A stretch of DNA of 64,000 nt from Epithemia pelagica (Eukaryota > Protista > Bacillariophyta), in assembly GCA_946965045.2 (NCBI GenBank), contig OX337242.1, positions 1,426,001 to 1,490,000 of the forward strand. Reading direction: 5' to 3'. Each line of letters opens with the position of its first letter. Position 1 is the first letter of the stretch. Below the pieces are notes generated by a model. The model did no database searches. It saw only the letters and a program-made list of their open reading frames with translations, and was not told the DNA's origin. A program made the position numbers and the translations under genes. This document shows, in pieces, positions 22,020 through 30,929 of this stretch.

Positions 22020-22110
22020 GAGAGCTTGAATGTGTTCAACAGGAAGGCACAGGTTAGCGATATGGTCCCTTGTCTTGAACGTCCTGCCGACTACCTGATT
22101 GGCCAATTAC
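22020..22110 (+). pseudogene. Degenerate fragment of the EME1 3' coding region
   Basis: 22043-22110 aligns without gaps to 16135-16202 with 56/68 identities by hand count (KAQVSDMVPCLERPAD vs KAQVSDMAPSLERAAD). Confidence 0.8.
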
Positions 22111-22232
22111 GAGAGCGTCTCCAAGCAAAATTATCCATTGGATCTACCGAATTTTGGTAGTCACTGATTTCAGCTAAAACGAGCTACGGGGCACCTCTGG
22201 TTGGAAAACTTTACATTAAAAATGTGGAGATA

Positions 22233-23268
22233 TTAATCCTTCTTGGATGATGAAAGTTCCCATGGGCGAGGCAATGGCTTGGGCAAAGGCACGCCATTGG
22301 CTGCGTCGCGGTCTCGCCGAGCCCGACCAAGAACCCAGGCAGAGGTCCCTCGTTTCCGTCCCCATACCAGTCCTACGCTGGCCAACAGGTCAATGAAAAG
22401 TTTGGAAGGATTGAATTGACTTGAAACACCAAACTCAGATGCAGCGTAGTCAAAAGGGTATTTGTGGTGCCAGTTGTGCCACCCCTCACCAACGGAAAGG
22501 AATGACACAATGGGGTTTTCGGATGGGCACGAGACAACATCATACGGGTGGTCTCCATACAAATGACCAGCCGAGTTGACAAGCCATGTAAGGTGCAACA
22601 CTGCGCAGTAACGGAGTCCACCAGCTACCAAGAAGGCAGTCCAGAAGTTTTCACCCCAGCAGTAATGTGCAACTTGTGCGGGCATTACATAGCACATGTA
22701 CAAGGCAAACCACGGGTCCAACTTTTCCTGAAACAGAACGATGGGATCATCCAAAAGATCAGAAACATCAATCTCGTTTCGTGCTTTGACAACCTCAGGA
22801 TGCTTCTTCACAAACATCCAGCCCAGATGGGCAAAGAAAAACCCTCGCGTGGCGTTATGAGGGTCTGCATCAGTGTCGCTAAACTTGTGATGAACTCTGT
22901 GGTCGCGAGCCCAGAAGTAGATTGAACCTTGATTTGCGATAGAATTGAATAACATCAAAAACAGTCGCACGAGGAAACTAGCTTCGTAAGATCTGTGAGA
23001 CCAAAGTCTGTGGACTCCAACCGTGATACCAAACGAGCTGCGGATACGAGAGGATAATGAGAGATGGACGTATTCACCAGTAGGAGTTAGGGCGTACTCA
23101 CCTTATCGGCCATAATGCGCAAGCCCACATCAGTGTGTCTTTCGAGCATTGAGGGATGTGTAAGATACCCATTAACGCAACAATATGAACAAAACTTAGA
23201 TAGATGATCATTGGATAGTTCAACTTTCCCTCCTTCCAGTGGGTTGACATAATATTCATCGCTTCCAT
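22233..23268 (-). CDS. Delta-9-type fatty acid desaturase, copy 2; exons 23102-23268 and 22233-23037
   Basis: Same His boxes and same intron position as copy 1 (64-nt intron); 323 aa. Confidence 0.93.
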
Positions 23269-23568
23269 GATCACAAACTATCTTGGGCGGATTGGCCAGT
23301 TCTCTGTTTCAACTGAGTTCACAAAAAAATGACATCGAAAAGTTGCCAGACATGCAGGCCTGGAGCGAACATGACAAGAAGAGATGCAGATGTATTCCCA
23401 TTTCCCTTCGTCCGCGACCGCAACATCCGCTAACATTGATTGAGGGACACGGTATGTATCCCTCTGGGAAGTTCGGAACAGTTCTGTCAAAGAAGACACA
23501 TATATTATATGCAAAAGCGCTCAGCAACGTTATGTGTCTAAACTGGGTCTCACTTTGCGTGAACGGCA

Positions 23569-23592
23569 GTTGGCAGCAGGGTCTGGAAGTCA
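23569..23592 (+). repeat. Left TSD (GTTGGCAG) plus left TIR of the hAT element
   Basis: Read directly from the sequence. Confidence 0.95.
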
Positions 23593-23599
23593 TTTTATG

Positions 23600-23990
23600 T
23601 GCCATCTAAACTTGAATGTAGATTGATTATTCACTTTTCCAATCAGTTTAGAATTCAATTAAGAATTAACGATTCACTTCACGACATATACACAATTGAA
23701 TTAATCTTGAAAGTGTACTAATTTACGGATAGTAAATGAACTTAATTACCAAAGTCAATTATGTTTACAATCAATAAATTCACTTAACTTTACTATTCCC
23801 CTATTTCATACCCTTTGAATTGAATTCAATCCCCAATTCCCTTTTCGAACCAATTGGAATTAAATTCCAATCCCAATTCCCTTTTCGAACGAATTTGAAT
23901 TGAATGAATCATTCCCAATTCACACCACCATTCAGAACAAATGAATTACACATTCACAAATTCCATTCATTCTCTGAATTATGACTCACA
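23600..23990. repeat. Left subterminal AT-rich array of AATTC/CCCAATTC/TTGAAT motifs
   Basis: Dense short motifs, including a near-perfect direct repeat AATCCC(C)AATTCCCTTTTCGAAC at 23828-23850 and 23869-23890. Confidence 0.8.
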
Positions 23991-24070
23991 GTCACACACT
24001 GTACACCTTATCCTTTCTCCACCATTATAGTCGTACAACATACAACTAAGAAGATGTTAGGTACGCCTGT

Positions 24071-26128
24071 ATGTTTCAGTATCGACGAACAGCAACACAC
24101 TCCTTTGTGGAGCTTGTCCATATTCCTGATGTCTTCCATCTTACACCATTGTACATCGTATACTCTCAGTCGTCACATTTTATCGTACCTATTGTCTCAA
24201 TGAGCTCCCAACAATACCCAAGTAGTTGTCGCCCAACAATATCTTTGTCAAGCATATGCTCTCCTGTTGTTTCTCTCTCTCAAGCTCCACACTCATTTTT
24301 CAAATTCATTCGAGAAGAACTCCCAGACTTGTCAACCATGTCTTTTGATTTGAGAATGGAAGCAATACAAGACACCATTCTTGTTTGGCTCATTCGAGAA
24401 GATGCTTCAATTCGCTACACTTCGTGCTCTCTTGATATTCTGACAAGCCATCCATGTCAGATCAAGCCATCTCTTTCTATGGACCAATCCATCTACCTTA
24501 TCTCATTACTGGTTCACCATGGTTTATATCCCTCGCAAGAAATTCCCACCAACTTCCTGTTGAGCAACCCCAAGTTCAAAATGAGCCGGCCTAAAGATGA
24601 TTTCCCAGTATTGCACCTCCACTGCAGCTGTCAACCTATGTATGAAGTCGGCACCGAAGACATTGGATACAAAGAAGCAATTGAATATGTATTGTTGAAT
24701 GGGCAAATTGATACTCAAGAAGACCTCAATGTTCAATCGATGGAAGACTATTTTCTGGAGTGGATGATACATCGTGATGCACTCATTTCTGTTTCTACAT
24801 CACACAACAGAACAATTCACCCAGTCTCTATCGATCCTCTCTTACACTGCATTGCTACATCAATGTTGTCCCAAATATCCAACAAGATTATATCCCAAGG
24901 AGATCCAACCATTCTGTCTACTCCAGTAACTACTCCTCCAGATTCGATTGTACCTGCTGATTCCTTCCCCATTGATGGACCATCTCCACCCACATCACCA
25001 TCTCAATCGACAAAACCATCTCCAGTCAATGCAAAACACAACTCATCATCACAAGAAATCGCTGTTGCAAAGCCAAAGCCTGACACTCCGACAAAGCGAT
25101 CTTCTGTTGCCAAACACAGCAACCCACCATATTCTCAGATTATGACTCGCAAACAATATGCCACCGCCGCCAACCTCCTCATTAAAGCATCCAGAGCAAG
25201 GCGACAAATCTGCTACAAAGATAAGAACAATATTCGACACATGCCTGGTCAACCTGTTCGTTTGAAACCCAATGATCTCTCCTTGTACAACAAAACAAAA
25301 AGTTGCCCCCCCACAATATCTGAACAGACTTTGAGAAAGAGGGTTGTTGACTTGCAGTATTTGAAAAAGCTTCATGAACATTTCCTTTCCAAAGGTCTGG
25401 AAGCTCCAAGAGACAGTTGGGAAGACTGGATTAACGACCATCTCTCACCAGAATCCGACCGAGCCTTCATGTGCTTGGTTGTGATTCTTATGAGTTCCAG
25501 CACAAGCGACAAACAATTAGCTAAAGTGGTACCCACTTTGTTCCAATGTGGGTTTGTCTCTAGTCGGGCAACCAGTGACATTGCACTCAACTATGGGATG
25601 GACGCTGTATGTTCCCTATTGGCAGAGACTGGTCTATATTATAAGAATGCTGAGGCTATCGTCAGCGCAGCAGACTACTTCATCCAACGGCATTCTGGAA
25701 TTATACCAGAAACCATTACGGTGCAAGAACTAACGTGTCTGCATGGGGTTGGGTACAAGACTGCCACAATTGTCTTGGCATTTGCATTTCAAAGAATTGA
25801 CGGAATTCCAACTGATGTGCATGTACATCGCTGCTCTCGAGCCCTGGGATGGATCCCCAAATCATGCAACGACCCAGACATGTGCTCGGCTTTGTTGGAG
25901 TCTTGGATTCCAAAGGAGTACTGGGAATGGGTCAACCCAATGTTTGGAGCGCTCGGGCAACTAATACAAGACCCAAAGACACGTCACCAATGTTCAGAAA
26001 TCCAGATGGATTTCACAGTCCGTCGTCTTGACAAAGACCATAAGAAGAAACTCTTAGACAGCAAAGAGATCTACAACCTACACAACAATTTCCTTCATTT
26101 GTATCGGTCCTATTGCAGTTCCTCATGA
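24071..26128 (+). CDS. Transposon passenger: unknown N-terminal region plus an endonuclease III/NTHL1-like HhH-GPD glycosylase domain without Fe-S cluster
   Basis: Uninterrupted 685-codon ORF with ILMSSSTSD, ETGLYYKNA, HhH ELTCLHGVGYKTA (catalytic Lys), GIPTDVHVHR (catalytic Asp) and LESWIPKEYWEWVN..GALGQ. The start could be the downstream ATG (MSSQQY). Confidence 0.9.
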   Translation: MFQYRRTATHSFVELVHIPDVFHLTPLYIVYSQSSHFIVPIVSMSSQQYPSSCRPTISLSSICSPVVSLSQAPHSFFKFIREELPDLSTMSFDLRMEAIQDTILVWLIREDASIRYTSCSLDILTSHPCQIKPSLSMDQSIYLISLLVHHGLYPSQEIPTNFLLSNPKFKMSRPKDDFPVLHLHCSCQPMYEVGTEDIGYKEAIEYVLLNGQIDTQEDLNVQSMEDYFLEWMIHRDALISVSTSHNRTIHPVSIDPLLHCIATSMLSQISNKIISQGDPTILSTPVTTPPDSIVPADSFPIDGPSPPTSPSQSTKPSPVNAKHNSSSQEIAVAKPKPDTPTKRSSVAKHSNPPYSQIMTRKQYATAANLLIKASRARRQICYKDKNNIRHMPGQPVRLKPNDLSLYNKTKSCPPTISEQTLRKRVVDLQYLKKLHEHFLSKGLEAPRDSWEDWINDHLSPESDRAFMCLVVILMSSSTSDKQLAKVVPTLFQCGFVSSRATSDIALNYGMDAVCSLLAETGLYYKNAEAIVSAADYFIQRHSGIIPETITVQELTCLHGVGYKTATIVLAFAFQRIDGIPTDVHVHRCSRALGWIPKSCNDPDMCSALLESWIPKEYWEWVNPMFGALGQLIQDPKTRHQCSEIQMDFTVRRLDKDHKKKLLDSKEIYNLHNNFLHLYRSYCSSS

Positions 26129-26271
26129 GTCAATTTCTTATTAGTTACTATCTGTTTTTCCTTGTTTGTTCTTTTTCTTTTTGGTTCTCGCATGTATCTT
26201 GTATGTAGTCGTTCTCGTTTGTAGTTGTACGTAGTCTTTTTTGTTTTCTGTTCCGTCATGTTCTGTATTTA

Positions 26272-29200
26272 TCAGTGGTCTTCATTACTGTTATTGGTGC
26301 GGCGTCGCGGACTTGTCCATCGTTGTTGTTGTCGTTGTTCTTCTTGCTGCTCTCCGATGTGTTCTGCAGGAGGTGGTTTCTTTGCTCTCGACGATTTGGA
26401 CTTGGACTTTGTTCGAGATGCCGATTCTTGAATGGATTGTTGGCGCACTCTTTTGGAAGATGCACTCGTTTGAGTTGTTGCCTTCCTTTTTGATAAGGTG
26501 GTGGATCTTTGGGTTGTTGGTGTGGTACTGTGTGTAGCAGGAGTTGTCGTCAAAACGATTCCTGTCACACTTCCTTGAACACTTGCACTGGTACTGTTGC
26601 CTTGATCTGTCGTTGATGTAGTGGGATTCATTGTTCGATTTGAAGATGCAGAAATACTAGAACCAGCCATCAAGTTCATTTGTTGTAGTTTGACCGCCTC
26701 AATGATGCAAGCATCACTATCTGACTGAAATGGGTCCTTGTCTTTCCCAAGACGACCCATGCATTCCATTTGTTCCTTGTCCCCTTCGTCCACTATATCA
26801 ATGAGCACTACGTCATCGAATTTTTGTACCAAATCCAGATCAGAATCACTGCATTTGTATTCGTATTCTGAACCAACAATCCCATCGTTCCCTTCGTCTT
26901 CATCAAGTTCAATTTGTTCCCGGGCCTTGTGGTGCTTCTGCATATCTTTTACACCCTTCAAAATGGTTTTCAGACGTTTCATATGACCTTGAGTGGTCCC
27001 TTCAGCAATGGAATCCCATACCGAGACTTCATCGGTTCCCTGCTCATGTTCCTCAGCAGCTTCATTTTGTTCTTCATTATCTTCGCCACTGCCGTTGTCA
27101 GTTCCATTGTTGTCTTCATCGTCATCGTCATCAACCACGGAGATTACTTCCGCCTCTACTTCGGCCTGGGCCTCGTCTCTCTCTTGGCTTGAAGCTGTTC
27201 TTTGTTGGTTCTGCAGTTGCTCCTGTTGACTTATCTGGCGCTGTGTGGCATTACTCCTAGCTTGCTCCTCGGCCTTACCCCTGGTTTGCGCTTCGTCCTC
27301 GTTCTCTGTGGTGTGTTGAGATTTCTTTTTCAGGGTCATTTCATTAACCTCAATCTCTCCACGAACCTTTCTTGTTACCATCTCCATGGTGCGAATCTCG
27401 AAATGTTTCTTGAGCTCGTTCCTCATCAATCTATTGCTATCAAACCATGAGGAGAAAGAAAATATCCTCTCTTGGAAAGCGTTTGTAGAAGGCTTCGAGA
27501 GCCACACGAGGGCACTTGGGAAAATCATCCTGAAATTACTCTTGTTCGCCTGCCACCACTGTAAGACATCAAAATACTTGCCCACACTGTTGAAATCTTG
27601 ATCATTACATGCCTGTCTGAACTTTTTCTTTTCTTGAGGCGTCCATTTTGGTGACTTTTCAGAAAAAAGAACGGTGGGATACTCCCTAATCAACGATTCC
27701 CAGGAATTGTGGATAATGCGCTGACAGTAATCCTTGAACCCCTTGAATTCGTTGTTACATTGTTCTCTAAAGCTCTTCTTCTGCTCGTCCAACGTGTTAA
27801 GATTGTTGTTTTCCACGGACGTGCTGTCTTCATTCTCTCCATGATTCCGAAAAATATTGAACACATCGTCATCATCCGAGTCGTCGTGTTCTATATCTAC
27901 AACCTCCTCATTGGCTGTCCCGGCCATTGGGGCTGGTCCATTCATTGCCAACCTTTCAGGAGTGGAAAACTTTGCTACCATGTCATCAACAAATTGTTTT
28001 TGGATTCTGGAGACGTCGTTGTCGTCGTAGATCTTGATTTTTTTCAGGATGTACGGTGCCATGTAGCAGAGAAACGGATGACCGCAGATAGCATTCTCTG
28101 CATGGACGTCGTCACCATTCATCATGTAGGTGCGAAATTCACGTAGAAGCCGGTTAATAAGCATCCGTGAGGCGGGCAGTAAATCTGCAAACTTGATATT
28201 TTTCCTTTTGGAACGGAGTTTCTCTATGGTTAACCTGGCATCCCAACGTTGGAACTCTGTGTCTAGTTCTGTGGGGTTCACAAGCAGAACAGAGACACCG
28301 TTGTCTTTGTGGTATTTGATTCCATGATGGCAACCAAAGATTTCCAGCAAAGAGCCTGCAGCAGAGGAAGGATCGTCTGCTTGTAAGGACGTGGCGCATT
28401 TCTTGAGTGGAGAAAGAATTCCTTCGAATTCTGCTATGGCCTGCCAGTCCTCCTTGGACAGATAATTCTCGCGGAAGTCTTTGTCTACAGAAAACTAAAC
28501 TCTTGTGAATTGTAGTCATCCATGACGTACTTATCACGTAGGAGATCATGGAATGTGAGAGCGCATCCGAGAACCCTGGTTGTGTTCGGCGTACGGATCT
28601 CCACTACAACTTGGTGATTTTTTGTTGCGTAGTCCCTCAATGCCTGGAATCTCTTCTTTCTCTTCGTCATCAGGATTGAAGCTAACTTCAAGGCTTTCTT
28701 GTATGTGTCCACAAATCCGGGAAACTGGTCGATTACCCTTCCCCCCCTTCGTCGTACAGCCAAGCCGGTGGCGTGCTTAAGAATTAATTCCGCACGATGC
28801 ATATCGCACTTTCCTCCAGTCTGATTTCCCACAATGTACTTTCCGGCAAGGACTGCCGAATTTGTATTGTCGTTTACGGAAGAGGAGAGGTCAGACTGCG
28901 TAATTCCAACGGTTGTGAGGATTTTAAGTGTGTGGGTCGCCACTTGGGCTGCTGTGTGGCCGTCTGTTTCGCAGAGACCTACGGGAATCTTGTAAAACAC
29001 GCAATTCCTGGGGTCAATCAGCATTAGGCACAATCCAAGGATGTCTTTTTGATGGCCTTGCCATATGTCATGACAAATTGTGGCGAAGGGAATTGTTTTG
29101 CCACAAATTAGCTTGTAGGCCATCCGGACATTCAGGCATAGGGAGGAAACAGTTTGGAGAAAATTGTTGTAGGAATCAAGTCGCTTGCGTATGATGGCTT

Positions 29201-30042
29201 TGTTGCTCATGACACAATCTTTTGTCGACAGCTTCTGGGCGTTAAGAATGGTGAATTCCAGCATAGCTCGGAAGGACTTCTTTTCCACTGTTGAAGTGGG
29301 TAAGCCGTTGTCGTTGACAAACTGGTAGATTGATTGTTGAAACTTGATTCTAGCCTCGTCCTTTGACATCATGGAACCCTTGTAGGATGTCATAAGTGGT
29401 TGGTTGCTTTCTACATTGGACTTCGGTCCATTTTTTTTTTCGTTCCATTTCTTCTTTCACATGCGGATGGAAAGAATCCATATGTTGGCTAACATTCGAA
29501 GAGGAGCCACTTTTCTTCTGCTTGCTGACACCACAGAGGATGGTAGAGGCGAAAAAAGACTTGTCTGGGTCTTCAAAGCAAATCGGGCACACCACAAGAC
29601 GCTTACATATGGATCCCCATGACTTTTTGGGTGCTGTTTGGTCCTCTTTTGATGCTTGGTTGAGTACAGCAAAGCATCGAGAAATACCTTCCATTTTGCT
29701 AACTTCTTTGGTGTCAAGTCTTGCTTGTAATTCTGTTAACTGGCAAAAGTCCAAGTGTCTCACTGTTCCCCAGTAGGTATTCAGATTCTTGAAATGCTCT
29801 CTCGGTGGACTTTTGAGGAAGGGGACATAGTCTTTCTCTTTCTTGATTTCTTGATGAATTGCTTCGGTTCGTTGGGCTTGGGTAGGGTGTTGCCTATTCT
29901 GTTGATTGTTGTTCCCTTGGGGGGCTAAAGCAGCGGGTGGGTTCTTGTCTTGCTGTGCAGGTGGAGGGTCTGGGTTCTCTGCTTGTGTGGGATGAGCCGG
30001 GGGTGTCTCCTCTTGTTCTGCCATCGTCGGTTGTGTTGACAT
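26272..30042 (-). pseudogene. hAT transposase split over three frames by two single-base frameshifts
   Basis: BED finger (CPIC...SNVSQHMDSFH), first Asp ICHDIW, second Asp VNDNTN, CxxH (CDMH), TTR motif, and dimerisation domain VLQWWQ...FP.A..WLSKPSTNAFQERIFS containing the catalytic Glu. Shifts at the A10 run (29431-29440) and near the T4 run (28491-28494). Confidence 0.9.
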
Positions 30043-30289
30043 GATGGTAGATCCAGACAGGGTGGACAAGGATGCTGGGCTTTGAAGATGATTAAGACGC
30101 ACAATCAAGCCAGACAACATGTGTTGCAAGCTGCAACAGACAATGAACTGTTGAAGGATTGGTGGATGGACGGTAGAGGTGAGAGGTAAGAGAGTGTCAC
30201 AAGTCACAAAGATGAGGCGGTTGAAGGTAGGGTCACTGTGTGATATTGTATAGAAACGTAATTCACATGACACATTGGGGGGAGAATGG

Positions 30290-30630
30290 TAATTCCATCT
30301 GTGCGTAGGAGAAAATTGATTGGATTCTCAAATTCTTATAGTGAGTAAGAAGGAATTGGATTGGATTGGGAATTGATATCGTCTGATGAAGTGAATTGAA
30401 TGGAATTGGAAAGTGTCTATTTTAGTGAATTGGGAATTGAATTAGGGAATTGACATTCCCCGTCTGAGATGATGAGACTTGAATCGGAATAGTGAATCCA
30501 AGAAAAAATCGGTATTGAGTTGAGTGGATTGTGAAATTCAATGAAAGTAAAGGAGGAGGATTTCAATTGAATGGCTTAATTCAAGCTAAATTTAAGTTAC
30601 ATTCCCTAAAGTCATTAAAGTCCCACTTTT
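30290..30630. repeat. Right subterminal AT-rich array of GAATT/GGGAATTG/TTGAAT motifs (inverted relative to the left array)
   Basis: Repeated GGAATTG, GTGAATTG and GGGAATTG, the reverse complements of the left-end motifs. Confidence 0.8.
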
Positions 30631-30654
30631 TGAATTCCAGACCCTGGTTGGCAG
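30631..30654 (-). repeat. Right TIR plus right TSD (GTTGGCAG) of the hAT element
   Basis: TGAATTCCAGACCCTG followed directly by GTTGGCAG. Confidence 0.95.
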
Positions 30655-30929
30655 TGCAGTGGGCACGGTGGAGGGTATACCAGTGTTACTACTACTACGA
30701 GTAACGAGTACCATCAGCCAGTGCGAGGTACGAATACAATTACTACAGATTGCTCCTATCATCTTGGTGAATGCAGACAGTGACTTTCTATCAATCTCAA
30801 ATGTGGGATCGTCTGTCAGATGTCCTCATCTGATCTTTTTCCACATTAGTCCACCCCTGAGAAAGAGCGAATGGATGACCTGCGTGTTGTCAAGAAAGAC
30901 TAGCGACTTCGTTCGTCTTGTTGTACAAG

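Larger units (their letters stand above)
23577..30646 (-). mobile_element. hAT-superfamily DNA transposon, 7,070 bp, carrying transposase plus a DNA-glycosylase passenger gene
   Basis: TIRs CAGGGTCTGGAAGTCA (23577-23592) and reverse-complement CAGGGTCTGGAATTCA (30631-30646). Perfect 8-bp TSD GTTGGCAG at 23569-23576 and 30647-30654. Internal hAT transposase. Confidence 0.95.

Noticed and set aside
23577-30646. Alternative reading of the element as an LTR retrotransposon or Helitron
   Set aside because: No RT, integrase, Rep or helicase motifs; TIRs, an 8-bp TSD and hAT motifs are explicit.
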